NCBI GenBank assembly: GCA_011109175.1
Contig: RDEW01000052.1
Span: 253,346 to 317,345, forward strand
Direction: 5' to 3'
Source of the DNA: Dicyema japonicum
Taxonomy: Eukaryota; Animalia; Dicyemida
DNA: 64,000 bases
Shown piece after piece: positions 27,085-40,958 of the stretch (position 1 is its first letter; the number at the start of each line of letters is the position of its first letter). Below the pieces are notes generated by a model that searched no databases, had not been told where the DNA came from, and saw only the letters and a list, made by a program, of their open reading frames with translations. The position numbers and the translations under genes are program-made.

Positions 27085-28370
27085 ATCAGCAATTTTTTTA
27101 TGCTAATCTGAAAAGGAAGTATTTTACTTAGCCAATAACAGCACGAGGCTCTTGAGAACTCCGGATAACTCCAACAATGGACTGAGCAATAACTGTGGTC
27201 AAACTCTCTTCTCTAAAGATCAGTCTCTTTGCTAGATATAGATAGAAAGCCAAAGAGAAGGAGCACAGCAGAGATTCATCGAATGTCGGTAGAGACTATA
27301 ATTGGATATCATAAAACTTTGATATTCCTGAGAAAGGCTCGAATTACTTCCTCCTTGAGTAGATTGAACCATGTAACAAGAATTTCCAGACTATAATCGG
27401 ATATCATAAAACTTTGATATTCCTGAGAAAGGCTCGAATTACATCCTCCTTGAGTAGATTGAACCTTGTAACAAGAATTTCCATGCATTCATACATTCTG
27501 TCCTTAGTGGAATCGTCCTGAAATTTAGAGTTCATTGTTTGATCAAAGTTTTAAGCAGAAATATTAGGTTATTCTAAAATTAAGAGATAAACACAGTACT
27601 GTGGTGGGGAGCTTCAAAACTAGCACGATGTATCTGCAGAGGTCAATTGAAGAACATTTTCTGATAGACTGAGAGACTTTTCAATAATTTGGGGGAAATT
27701 ATCTCCGGAAATGTTTAATTTGTAAAAAATATTCAAAATCTGAAAAAGATTGTGGGAATCAAGTCTGAATTTCTCTATGAACATACTTTGTTATCATTCT
27801 TCTACAAAAAATGAAGGACATTTAACGGTTGATTTGTTGGAGTTATCTTTGGTAATAATCTTCATCAGTAAAAAGTAGTAATCAGCAGGAAAGAACTCAA
27901 AACTAAGATATGTATATATATGCAATTACTCGTTTTCCTGAGTTAATAATAAATCCCACAACAGGTCCTTGATTTCATGTTCAAAGTCTTCTGGTAGCAA
28001 TTTAACCTATTTTAGGATCAAAAATGTACATTTCGTTCCAAAAATCCTACCAAAGTGGAAATTTGGTCAGAGAACTCTCCCACTTTAAGTAAGTTAATGC
28101 TGATCTTGTAAACTGTAAAAACGAATAGAACATCAATTTCGAAGATCACTGCTTTATTATGTATTACTTGGCGTGAATTTGAGAATAAATTTGTTGAAGG
28201 TGCTTATTTTGAATTTTTTCATTAGATTTTCAATCTAAATTATTTTTGATTTTACTTCTTCTGGGTAAATATCTTCAATAGTCTGATCATATCCCTCTTC
28301 GTTGCAAAATTGGTTAATTTCACAGATCAATTCGAAATTCTAATTCATCTTTATCACAAGAAATCACCAT
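27085..28370 (-). pseudogene. Degenerate multi-exon LRR-like host gene; partial paralog at 56064-56798
   Basis: LRR-like peptides (FYKLNISGDN) and tiny-intron-like segments such as 27574-27594. 3' end replaced by TE sequence. Confidence 0.3.
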
Positions 28371-28549
28371 AAATTGCCGCCAAAAATTAAATATTAAAAT
28401 TATTATATATTTTTTTTTAATAATATTAAAATATTTTTATATTAATAAGTTAATATCATGGTCATCTTTTCTAAATATTAATAATAAAATCAACATTATT
28501 ATAATTTTTAACATTGCATATGTAGATCACCAATTTGTAAGTATTAGTA

Positions 28550-28985
28550 AACTCCGGAGGGCACATAAAGTTATCCAAAAAGAGCTATTAAACATTTACC
28601 TCCGAGTATACTGTCTCCCAAGCTGCACGCAGCTACCTGGCGAAACTCAAAGCCCACCGCAAGAAATGGACCACGGTTCTACTACTAAACGTCAATGGAA
28701 TAAGGGACAAATGTTAGAATTGTGCTCTTTCCTGGGCGAGCTGAAAATCACGTGGCTTTGATTAAATAGACGGAATTTTTATTAAACAGTTCTATCCCGC
28801 TGTTTCCTGGATACAAGTCAATTCGGACTAACCGGAAGAAAAAGCGGGGTGGTGGCCAACTCATTTTATTCGAAAAGACCTTAAATATGTGGACATCACT
28901 TCAGTGTTAAAGAATATCTTGTGGTACGACGATGTTACTAAAATCAACGGCTTGGCGGAAATATTGACTTGGTCCGTCAATTAAG
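28550..28985 (+). mobile_element. LINE APE-endonuclease remnant
   Basis: VLLLNVNGIRDK and FPGYKSIRTNRKKKRGGG motifs. Confidence 0.55.
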
Positions 28986-29176
28986 CTTAAGAAGTGACCA
29001 CAATTCACATGTTATTTTCTTCCATGTTGTAAATGTTATAACTAAGCCGATTTTTGTCAATCAAGTCAAAAATTCATGTTCTTTAAAATTGTTTAAAACT
29101 TATATAAATGTGACTTTTTAATTCAAAATGTTATATAAATCAAAAGTTATACAGTCAAAAAAATCAAAATTTTGGG

Positions 29177-29500
29177 TAATAATAATAATAACACCAGAGA
29201 CCATGATTACACAAACTACTAATCACGTAATCTCAGCAAGCACTAGTAGGGACCTTATTTTGTCCCGATGCTCCCTCGACCCCACACAAGCACGTATCGG
29301 TCGAGTGACTGGACCTTCGCAGTCATGACGGCGCGTTCCATGGTTCATTCGTATCTAGGCTTCAAGTGGGAACCGTGGCTAGAACTCTCCAGAAATCCAG
29401 CGTTCCGTGATTTTGGATGCTCTTTTCCGGCTAGCCTTGATTTTCAAAACATTCGTCCAAGAGATGAGTGGGCCCATATACGACATGGATAAGAGATAAA
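29177..29500 (-). mobile_element. Possible LINE 3' end fragment with (TTA)n tail
   Basis: GC-richer island with minus-strand DTCLCG and an adjacent TAA repeat at 29177-29190. Confidence 0.3.
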
Positions 29501-29655
29501 TGGTTCAATAAATTGTTTATGTACAGTGCTCAGAACAGAATGCTTTTCGATCTTCCATAAGCCTGTGAGGCATTTCAGAACATTAGTTTTCGTTTCGCAT
29601 TGTCAAAAAAGGTAAAAATTTAATTTTTTTTAAGTCAATAAAGTCAAGTTTTTTT

Positions 29656-31310
29656 GGTGAGGTTGTGACGTGCCTCGTTTCTTGATTGGATCGCAATTGA
29701 GAAAAATGTCAAAAAGACAAGGGATACAAAGGAATGCATCTCGTCTAAAGGTCCTTACGCTCAATGCTAGAGGCTTATCTACGACCTGGTCGAGGAAGAT
29801 TCTCAGTGACAACCTGGAGAGATACGACGTATCTATTGAGTGCCTACAAGAGACGAAAGTTACTTGTAGCCTTGATGAGAACCATGGCGAATATCGAATT
29901 ATATGTCAGCCGAGCGACTCAAAATATTATGGATTGGATTTGCCATCCACTCAAAGTTGACAAGTGCAGTCCACCGTATATNNNNNNNNNNNNNNNNNNN
30001 NNNNNNNNNNNNNNNNNNNNNNNNNNNNNNNNNNNNNNNNNNNNNNNNNNNNNNNNNNNNNNNNNNNNNNNNNNNNNNNNNNNNNNNNNNNNNNNNNNNN
30101 NNNNNNNNNNNNNNNNNNNNNNNNNNNNNNNNNNNNNNNNNNNNNNNNNNNNNNNNNNNNNNNNNNNNNNNNNNNNNNNNNNNNNNNNNNNNNNNNNNNN
30201 NNNNNNNNNNNNNNNNNNNNNNNNNNNNNNNNNNNNNNNNNNNNNNNNNNNNNNNNNNNNNNNNNNNNNNNNNNNNNNNNNNNNNNNNNNNNNNNNNNNN
30301 NNNNNNNNNNNNNNNNNNNNNNNNNNNNNNNNNNNNNNNNNNNNNNNNNNNNNNNNNNNNNNNNNNNNNNNNNNNNNNNNNNNNNNNNNNNNNNNNNNNN
30401 NNNNNNNNNNNNNNNNNNNNNNNNNNNNNNNNNNNNNNNNNNNNNNNNNNNNNNNNNNNNNNNNNNNNNNNNNNNNNNNNNNNNNNNNNNNNNNNNNNNN
30501 NNNNNNNNNNNNNNNNNNNNNNNNNNNNNNNNNNNNNNNNNNNNNNNNNNNNNNNNNNNNNNNNNNNNNNNNNNNNNNNNNNNNNNNNNNNNNNNNNNNN
30601 NNNNNNNNNNNNNNNNNNNNNNNNNNNNNNNNNNNNNNNNNNNNNNNNNNNNNNNNNNNNNNNNNNNNNNNNNNNNNNNNNNNNNNNNNNNNNNNNNNNN
30701 NNNNNNNNNNNNNNNNNNNNNNNNNNNNNNNNNNNNNNNNNNNNNNNNNNNNNNNNNNNNNTTTGCGTCCCATCATAATAGTAAATTCATTAAGCAAAGT
30801 CTTGGCAAACATTGTGCTTGAACGAATCAAAGGATCTGCTACAAATACCTACCATATAATTAAAGTGGTTTTCGAGAAGGGAGATCCAAAGCTGATGCGG
30901 TCTGGAGTCACAGATGGAGGTGTGCAACATATCAAAGATACAGTAACACCACCAATATTCTGGGAATTGACCTATCAAAAGCTTTTGATACGGTTAACAG
31001 GAACAAATTAATGGGGGTACTGAGCGGATTTCTTGATGAGTCGAGTCTAAGGATGACCCGAATTCTACTTTCTAACACTGAGCTCCTTGTGAGAGTCGGA
31101 AAGACCTATTCAAAAAATTTTGAAACAAACACGGGCGCTCCACAAGGAGACTGTCTTTCACAATTTATTTGGAAACCTCTATGAGGGAACTAAAACCGTT
31201 ATATTAATGAAAGACGGAAGAAGTAATCTACGCGGACGATGTAGACCTAATTTCTGCAGACAAAGAAGTCCTGGAAAACCTATTAGAAAAAGCACCTGAT
31301 GTACTTGGGA
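29656..31310 (+). mobile_element. RTE-like LINE copy A (gap inside, 3'-truncated)
   Basis: VLTLNARGL, CLQETK, GAPQGDCLS and YADDVDL motifs. Near-identical to 56900-59300, including shared frameshifts. Confidence 0.87.
29982..30761. other. Assembly gap
   Basis: Run of N. Confidence 1.
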
Positions 31311-31681
31311 AAAAAAAACAAAAGTATTACTTTTACTTTCTACAGTCATTAGTTGGGTACTTTCCTTTTAAATAAATGAGTCCTGAGGCATAAATGTGCA
31401 ATTAGTTGTACTGAAAATATAGCTGTATTATGGTTATCTTTAAGACTACATTCGCTTTGATTGTTTTAGCGTTGTTGGCAATTTAAGACGGGCAGTTCAG
31501 TCGTTTTATTGGGACAATAAATAATTTGCTTCATTTTAGTCGATTTGTCGTTAGAATACATTGTAGAATCATAATACAGTTCGACCTCATTTTGGGAATC
31601 AAAAACTGATGGGAAAACCTCGATATTTGTGATTTATCATATTAAGCATCGTTTGCAAAGAAGTCATTACAATGCATTTAA

Positions 31682-32441
31682 CAGGGCTGTGGAGTTGGAG
31701 TCGAGGGGCTTTTGTATAGTCGGAGTCGAAGAAATAATATTTGAGGAGTTGGAGTAGGAGTCAGTAATAAAAAAAATTGATTTTGTTTATTAGTATAAGA
31801 CAAAATTCAAATATTAATTGTCGATAAGGACACGTCAAATTTTGACTAATTTAAATAATTAATTTAATACTATTAAAAAAAAATTTAATACTAGATATAA
31901 TAATTTTAAATTAATTTTTCTTCCATATTATTTGTATCCCAAATTGATATGTCTTTACATCGTAATTATATATTTCAATCTCAAGAGGCATTTATTTAGA
32001 TTCCATCCAAATATTCTAAATATTAATGATAAAAACATTCAATGGTATTTGTTTTCCTTTGATGTGCCCCTTAGAAAATACTACATCTCTAAGTCAGTCA
32101 GTGTTAAATAAGTTTTTTCAATCTGATAAAATTAGTATATTCATGGATGCTGAAAAATTTTAAATGCTTCTCATTGAACTTGTTGTTTTGAAAGGGGATC
32201 TCTTGCTCTACTTCCTACACAAGTCATCGTAGGAAGGCTGTTTTCTGTGCATAAATTATCAAATCAGACCTTCGAGCTTCTATGAAGGAAGACCTGATCA
32301 AAGCTATATTATTTCTAAAAAATAATAGTTAAATTTTCTTTTCTAAATGTTTTTTTACAACGTAAGAATCATTTTAATTATTAACAGGAGTCAGAACAGA
32401 GTCGAGGAGTCGTGATATATTTTACCAACTCCACAGCCCTG
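31682..32441 (+). mobile_element. hAT-derived MITE (760 bp)
   Basis: TIR CAGGGCTGTGGAGTTGG / CCAACTCCACAGCCCTG, subterminal GGAGTC repeats and imperfect TSD CATTT(T)AA. hATC remnant (TQV..RLFS..KSDLRASMKEDLIKAILFLK). Confidence 0.85.
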
Positions 32442-32879
32442 CATTTTAATGAAATCAAAAAAGAAACTCCTGAAAATATTCTTAAATAATATATTTTAAA
32501 GTAAAAAATATATAAATTGACTAATAATTTATGTCTCAATTTTATAACTTTTTTCATTTTGTTTATGTGAATGCAGAAAGGAAGTCTTTTATCTCCAAGA
32601 CACCAAATGTGACCATGAATTTAAGGGTGTTACATTAACAAATGTAATATTGTCAAAGGGAAGTATTACTGCTTATCCAACGTTTATTATTAAATGCATT
32701 TGAGAAATAATAATCATTATATTTATCTTGTGCTGTCCCTTCAAGTTCTGACTAACCATGCACCTTCCTACGAAATGTCTCGAGATCTTCATGGTGAGCA
32801 CTTACATTTTTGTTTTAGATAGGTAATCGTTGCTAGGGTTGTTCTTGGCTTTCTTGATATTTTCTAGTAATTGCTGATT

Positions 32880-34240
32880 AAAAGTAATTCTCCATCGCAT
32901 AATTGGCGGGAGTTGAAGTGTTATTGTAAAATATGGAAATTATGATAGCCAGATATCATTTAGTAGAAGCTTTCGACAACTTTTAACAAATTATTTCTGT
33001 TTACTGTGTCAAAACAGGAGAAAGATCAATTTCTAGTACATGAATATTAGTTTTATACATCTGGAACATGGCAATGAACACCTATGTGCCCATACTACAT
33101 CTGTGTAGATCTTCCAGTTCGAAATCCACTCTGGTTTGGAGAAATTCTCTCAATTTTGTTCAGAATATTGAAAAATAAAATTTCGCGTAATTTAGAATAA
33201 TTGTGTGTGTTGTTTAGAGAATCTTTGTCTGATTTCTGTACCAGGATTACGGTTGCTTCTAGAAAAAATGGTTTGTTCAGTCTAACTATTTCAGTATGAA
33301 TATACCTCAGTTGGTCCATATTTTAATAATTATGCGTGTATCTCTTCAGGGCATGCTGATTTGCCCGAATATTTGTTTAGCTATGAGGTTTCCTCTGCTG
33401 TTACTTGTTTTAGAAGAATAGCCTTTGATCATAAACTGATTCTCAACTTCCTGAACGATGAACAGTTTTCTGAAATGTAAGACACAATATCTGCTTTATT
33501 TAATACTATTCTTTTTTCTCGGTCGATAACCGTAGTGACCCTGGAAGGGTTGTTTAAGATTAGTAGACGTACTACCTTGAACTTCCTTGTCTTGTCAAAA
33601 AACAAACACACAAGAAAAAGAAAAAAACAAAAAAGTGAAGATCATTCATTGGTTCTCCTTCTACGATTAGTTATAATAACTGTTCTTTACTTAAATAAAG
33701 TGTGTGTTCTGCACGAGCGAAATTCTAGGCATCTTACGTGCTTTTGGCAACGCGGAAGTGCTTAATTATTATTATTAGAGTAACCGATTTCCGATTTTAG
33801 CTTTTTGACTTGCTAGAGTTGATTGTGTTTTCTGCTTTTAGGTGCAGTTTTTTAGTTGAGTAGATAGTTTATTGATTTCATGATAGTGTCTGCTTGGTCA
33901 GAGGGTTAGAATAACATTCCTAGTAGTGTTCTTGGTAATATTCTTAGTTTCTGTCCACAGTACTGTCAGTGTTATTTCTTCAAGGCTACGCTTTAAGTTA
34001 ACAGTTAATGAAGTCATATACAGTTTCCGTGTGGCATGTTGGTACATTAACTTTTCAGCAGAGAATCTTTATATGGGGGCGTTCTCTTAGTCCTCCCATC
34101 AACTCTGAGTAGATCCTATTATAGCTTATGTTTCTTTTGCATCTCCGTTGAGTCCGTCCACGTTGAATAAGCAGAGTTAAAGGTGTGGATCTTCGACAGA
34201 CCGATAAAGACATGAAAGGGACGTCATCACCTCAACCTGA
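32880..34240 (-). mobile_element. Highly degenerate RTE-like LINE
   Basis: ISPNQSGFRTGRST motif. A variant of the RTE 5' motif lies at 34218-34237 on the minus strand. Confidence 0.55.
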
Positions 34241-34599
34241 CTTTTTTGGAATAAAAATGTCAACTAATTAACTTTAAGTCATGGGATTAACATAAATGAG
34301 CAAAGTGACTAATATGACTACACTAATTACATTTAACAGTAATAGTTATTCAAAGTGATCTTTACAGAATTTAATAATGTCAGGTTACATTTACAGACTT
34401 TGTGGATGAGGTTTTAATTGCAAGCCAACGGTAAAGACTAAGGTCATTTTATTGACAATAAATTTGAAATTTTGACGTAAATTGATTTTATTATTAAAGC
34501 AACGTGCATAAATCCATAATATACACTGTTTTACGCATTCGGAGTTAAAACCATCAAACTAATTGGTTATACCTTCCGCGATCCTAATCAACCTATCGC

Positions 34600-35750
34600 A
34601 AGTTTTCAAAATGTTCTCCACATTTCATTTTTACGTACTTCAGATCAGCATCAAGTATCCCAGGAATTGTAACTCATGGACGTCTACAGAAACGTGATCC
34701 AGTCTCAACTAAGTACTACCCGTCGCTACATTAGCTTGGGTTTCCATTCTCAATTTATGTTCGTAGAGACTCGTCTTTGGAATAATTTTTTTATTGGCAC
34801 AGGGAGTCTATATTTTAGAAACTCTAGGTTGACATTGTCTGGTCCACGGGATCGATAATTTTTTAATTGCCATGACTCCCTCAAAATTAATTCAAATTTT
34901 TGGCTGCATGACGCCATGTTGTGCTATGTGGCTAGGTGGCCATAAATTGTTTTCCTTCCTTCCGATGGCGTAATTGGATCCACCTTACCGAGGAGACGCC
35001 GAATGCATGGTCGGCATCAAGAGGATCCAATTCTTCTTCCCTGGGGGACAACGTCGTTACCCGGAGAGAAGTTCTGGAATACTGGAACGAGTCAGTATCA
35101 AGGAGTTAGTTAGTTTGTAACCTTGGGCCTTTGGAATAATTAAATTGATTTTTCTCTTGTATGTTAATTTTTTCTTCTATTTTAAATAGACGTTCGTTTA
35201 GACCCAATCGAGCACTCGCCTTATCCAAGGTATTTTCTAGAAGTAGTTTTATCTCCTTTTGTTCTTATATAGTTGTAGTACATCGAGGCTAGTTTTGTCT
35301 TTGTTAAGTGCTGGAATTGGGTTCTCTCATCAGTAGTAGAGTAAATTCAATCTTAAACGACAGTCTAAATCCATTCAAAGGAAGTTTTTCAATTCTGCCA
35401 TATTCTTTATGGAAATTTGATAATTTTCTCTCCTCTGTGCGCATAGCTGTTCAGTCTTGTATCTTATGGCATCCGTCACGGATTTTCTTCGTTGCAGAGT
35501 TTTCATGAGAAAATAAGAGTGACTATTTTATGCTCACTGTCAGTCTCTGATTCTCCATAGGATCTCAAAGACAGTAGGAGCCACTGATCTCTATGAGCGG
35601 CATATGGTTAGTCTATTTGATTAAAGATCCGGAATATTTCAACATGGCAGAAATTCTCTTCCTGTCCACGTAGTTTTATGACGATGGAGAGCTGAAATCA
35701 AGTTTTGCATCAAAAAAGACTAAATGCATGGCAGAAATTGGACACTTTCG
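34600..35750 (-). mobile_element. Degenerate RTE-like LINE fragments
   Basis: RHKTTWTG, FNQID and RSYGESETDSEHKIV (APE end), plus SRGPDNVNLEFLKY. Contains a 250-bp insert. Confidence 0.6.
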
Positions 35751-36271
35751 ATCCTTGGAAGCCTCTGATTCCTCTTTCGTGCGAAAGGCTTCATCTCCTT
35801 TTCGGACTTATACCTTCGCATTTCATCTAGTGATGTAGGAAAAAGAAGAACTGAGCAAAAGTAGAGAGACCCCAATATTAAATATAACAAGTAAGAATCG
35901 AACCCACTAATGCTTATTATAACCACTAACCTATCATTATTGTTATTTAAAGACAAAAAATCATTAAATTAAAGAAAAAACGTAGTTTATTCGGCCAATC
36001 TGAATGATCATTGCATCTTCGCTCGATGCTCTCACGCGATCACGTCTACTTCGCTTGACCCGCGCTAGAAGAAAGCGTTCACGTGATGTGAACTACCCGC
36101 ACGTTCTTTTCACTAGAGTTTTGAAAAAGGTAGTGTCTATGAAAACATAAAAGTTCCGATTACATAGAATTGCAAGGTTTATCTTAGAATGTAATATTTT
36201 TTAATTTAATAGTTTTTAAATATATTATTAATTATATTTAAAACACATAATTAATTAGAATAGATCGTGTC

Positions 36272-36811
36272 ATGTCTATTAATGAAGATAAAAATGATGT
36301 GAATAACCAAAATAATGATAACCCAACCATTCTATCTAGAATAAAGAGTGCCAAACACTTTCAAAGTCAGCTCTTCCTCATTCAAGTCGCCCAAATTGTA
36401 ATAAATCGCATAAAATTAAGGTGATTGACATCATTGTTATCATCTGTGCCTCATCAAACTTCGGGTTCGCACTTAGTGGGGGAGTATTTGTCAACTTTGT
36501 GGCCTCATCATCTGCAGTACTCATAACCATCCAATTTTTTTTATATTTCACAACTCTCAACCAGAAAATCGACCATAGAAGGTTCACAATTGGAGAATTG
36601 GGAGGAAATATTTTGTTTTGTGGCCTATATTTTATTGCTGCTATTATTGCTGGCGCCAACTCTAACACAAGGTATAATGGGGCTTCTCCGGGGGGTATTA
36701 TCGCCACCACAGTTTGTGATGTTGTTATTATAGGTGTTCTGTTGTGTTGCTTTAGTCCTGAGGGGTTTTTTGACTGTTAGACTCCTCATGTCATTCAGAA
36801 TCAGTAGTTGA
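36272..36811 (+). CDS. MARVEL-domain-like four-TM protein (164 aa), 2 tiny introns
   Basis: Exons 36272-36397, 36421-36711 and 36734-36811, separated by GT-AG introns of 23 and 22 nt. One open frame from ATG to TGA with four hydrophobic helices. Confidence 0.75.
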
Positions 36812-38730
36812 TTTATTTTTTAATTAATATTTGGTTTATCTTTCGTTTTATGATTGGTCACAGTGCATTTATTGAGTCTCTCCTTGTCTATCGGAGAGGT
36901 TGGTGTAGTTAGCCACTATTCTATCGGATTGGTATTTCTGAGTGCTTATATCCTAAGAGATTATACTCTAAATATTTGTTGTACAAAATAATTGGAATTA
37001 TTAGGATTTATTCTTATGTTCTCCGTCCGACTTTGTCGTGGGCAGGAAATCTCAGGATTGATTTGTGTGTGCAACTGCCTTATGGTTGTAGAGAATATGT
37101 GACAATTCAAAATCCCCAATAATGTGTAATTTGATGTTATTATCTTAATTGATCCTGACTATTGATTTTTGCTATTTAATTAATGCTTTGTTGACAGTCG
37201 GAAGAGGAGGGACGGTCGTTGAGTGGAGTAGGGAAGATTATGAGAAAGTGCACTGTCAATCATGGTTAACTATTTCCTTAAACAATAAACTTACACAAAT
37301 CCCTTTACAAAAGCAGATAATTAGATTATAATATCAAAATAGCTTATTTATCATTTCTGAGAATTTAGATATGAACAAATGCGAGATAATGAACTGTTTA
37401 TGCATTATGGTTATTGGGTCATTAAGCAGATTGCTTCCGCTTAGTCATAGTCGCCTTCTGAGTGGATGAAAGGATAGGTTGCGGGCTATATTGAAATTCT
37501 GGAGAATGGAGATGGTCTCCACAGCACGTGTGGGTTGAATTGTCCGCAGCAATATCTACTGTCTCTAGGTTGGTGGGGCATGAATTGTTAGTAATGTCTA
37601 TACTTATGTTCCCGAATAAAGATTAATGTGTAATTAAGCAGATGACGTAGTTAAGTTGGCCTTTATGGTTTTAGTTATAAAATTAAGGTATTTGAAAGAA
37701 GAGTCACACTTCGCCTTTGTTCTTCACCTCTTTAAGAACTTGATAAATTCCGGAGACTTAACCTCAAAACATTCCCCTGAATTCACTGGACAATCTCATG
37801 ATAACACGAAGAATGTGCTAACTTTGAAATATTTGCATCTAAAACAAGCAAACCCTTGACTATTGATAATCATCATTTTCTTAATAGCACTTACTTGTGG
37901 TTAATGCAAAACGTTAAATGACTACAACGTAATCTCATCAAATGTAATACGTATAATATGCTCTTATTACATCATTCGCCCTCTTTTGACCATATAGTCA
38001 ACTATTTATATAAATTATCTACGAGGTCAAAATCCTAAAATGATCTGGAACTAGATTACATCTTTCAAGAGATATACCGCCAAACACAGTCAAACCGCAC
38101 AAGACGTACCTGACAACCAATTCAACACGAAAACCTATTTTTTCTACAGTATGTAGTTTGTATTTTTGCTTAAGAGTAATCGTCTTGATATCATTTTCTT
38201 TAAATTTTACTAATTATTAAAATGATTAAAAATAAAGATATTTTTGAATTTATTAACTTATCAATATATTTCATCGAAAACAATTAATTGGTCTATGTTT
38301 GCCCAATAAGATTTCAAATAAGTTATATTCTGTGGCACAAGCGAGGCCAATAAGCATCGACATTTTAAATCAAGATGGAGACTGTTTGTGCACGTGCTTT
38401 TTTCCAAAACTGATATCTTTTGCTAATTTATGTAAGTGCTATTTGCTATTTTTATTTATAATCAAGTAAAATAATAAGAAAATTATATTCAACAGGCGTC
38501 TATTATTCTTGTTTGTTAATGGATATAAGATCAAGATCACAGAAAGTACATATTTATGCCAAGAAACATTCTGATTTCATAGTCAACTTAACGGGGAACT
38601 ATTTTATTCAAAAAATTATATTTTAATTGACTGTGTTACAAAAATTTTCTGTTAACACACATCGTAGAACTGTGAATCATCTAAAGGGAAATACTATTTT
38701 ATATTTTTTGGAAAGCATGTGTTAGATTTT

Positions 38731-40052
38731 GGTGAGGTTTCTTCTCTGTACAACAATTAAGAAAAATGTCTGAAAAACACTTATTATACAATCGAGAACT
38801 CAGGCTAATGACGTTCAACGTACGTGGAATATCGAAAGATTGGACAAGGAAAGTACTTTGTGACGATCTCGAGAAATACAAAATATCTATTGGCTACAAA
38901 AGACGAAAATCGAAAATGGATGCGATGAGAAATGGAACAACTGCCGACTGATTCTCTTCCCAACTAAATGCTAGCACTACGGCATGGGATTTGCCTTACA
39001 CGTGGATTATCTCAAAAAATTACATCTCTATTGGAGAGTCAACAACCGAATATGTGTCCTACAAGTCAAACTAAATGATCTATGCCCGTCCAAGAGTGTT
39101 TATCACCACAATGTGGACGAGTAATCAAGAACCCTGGTGAGCTCGAGGGATTCTACTCAGAACTATCAAGCACATACTCTAATAATTCTTCCTTGTCCCT
39201 TGTCTTTATTGAGGAAGATATGTATGCAAAAGCCGGAATGCGAATGGGGCCCGAAGAATCCTCTATTAAAAGACACGGGTACGAAAGGAAAAAGCATCTG
39301 GTGAACTTCCGCGAAGCAAATAGCCTTTTCCTGTGCAACACGGCCTTCACGCACTTAGCTTGCCACAAGACAACGTGGCATGGACAAAGAAAAAACTCTG
39401 TCGGGGAGACCATGAATATATAATCAAATCGACTACATTATCTACCGAAAGTCTGATAAACACCTGCTAAATGATGCACGTTCCTACCAGGGGACAACAA
39501 CTGACAGCGGCCACAGGATCGTCATTGCAAAATTTTTTGTAAAAAAGCACCTGACTGTGAAAATTACATTGAAAACATGAAGAAGGTGAGACAAAGACAC
39601 AATATATACTTTCAAACAGAAAAAAATGTGGTTAGAGCTTACTTGTAGAGCTAAATATCACGAATAAATCGAGACTCTAATGGAGAAACCGCACCGGAAT
39701 CATCAGTACGAACTCTGTGGGATCAAACAAAGCAGGTAATCCCCAAGTTGGCCAATATATGCCTTGGACTCCGGAGTCATCACGCCCTAAAATTGAATCA
39801 CCACCCAAACGTGTCAGATATGGCAAAGCATTGCAGAGAGCTACGGCTAAAAGCGGCAAACACGTCAGAAAAGAGTAAAAACGAGCTTAATATCCAACAA
39901 AGGTTACTAAAATGGAGAATCAAAAAGATGAACAGAAAACACTCACGGGAAATTATTACATCACTATTAAAAATGTTGAATGCCTAAAGGACACTTCCGA
40001 CTGCCTTAAAATAAAACTTAAATCATGTGAGAAAAAATATAAAGACGGGGGA
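38731..40052 (+). mobile_element. RTE-like LINE family B, 5' part
   Basis: LMTFNVRGI, LFLCNTAFTHLACHKTTWHG and NQIDYI APE motifs. Confidence 0.8.
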
Positions 40053-40958
40053 CGACCTGGGCGAATTAAGATCACTCGCATTCGACAGAGGAAAATGGAA
40101 AAGACTTACTATAAATATTGTTTCTTTCGAGTGTTGCACATGGGCTATAGACATTATGGCTCTCGTGGAAATGCCATAATAATAATAAGGCGTTTATTAT
40201 TCTTGTTCATTAATGGATATAAGATCAAAATCACAGAAAGCACATATTTTTGTCAAGAAATATTCTGATTTCATAGTCAACTTAACGGGAAACTATGTAA
40301 TTCAAAAATTTCTATTTTAATCGACTGTGTTACAAAAATTTTCTGTTAACACACATCGTAAAACCGTGAATCATCTAAAGGGAAAAACTATTTTATATTT
40401 TTGGACAACATGTGTTTGATTAAAGATGAAATCACATTATGGAAATGTTAATGAATTAATATCGGGATAAAGGCATCAGTTGTAAAAAACAAATGAAGAA
40501 AAGAATTATTTTTTCTATAATTTGACAACTAACTACCCTGGTTTTAATTAAATTGGGTAGTGTGCTAACCACAACAAAATATTACTCCTTGAATCTTCCT
40601 GAATAATTATAATTGTTTCAGAATCTAGCGCGACGAAATTATTGTAAACGGAAAATCTTAGATTTCAGTCTCTGTTGAAAGAGTTATTTCGCTAATATCT
40701 AAGATTCACAAAAATATCGAAATTTTTAAACATATAATATTTATTACTCTTTGATTTCATTCTATAATAAATAATTTTTAACCATTTGATGGGAAAATTA
40801 AAAAAAATGCTACATTACTTATTTTAAATTGCTATTTTACAGTTGCTTAATTATCTATCACCCGTAGAAATGGATCTAAATTTTAAGTAAATTTATATTT
40901 ATGTATGAAATATAATATAAGCACTAATAGAATTAGTCAACAGAATTTTATTATAATA

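Larger units (their letters stand above)
25245..27085 (-). mobile_element. 3' fragment of CRE-like RLE retrotransposon, split by a hAT insertion
   Basis: 25245-25381 plus 27066-27085 match the reverse complement of about 52757-52895 (LRQKIGLAILRGNSFSI). Confidence 0.7.

Noticed and set aside
29764-31011. Long ORFs across the second N gap
   Set aside because: Artefacts of N runs inside an RTE copy.
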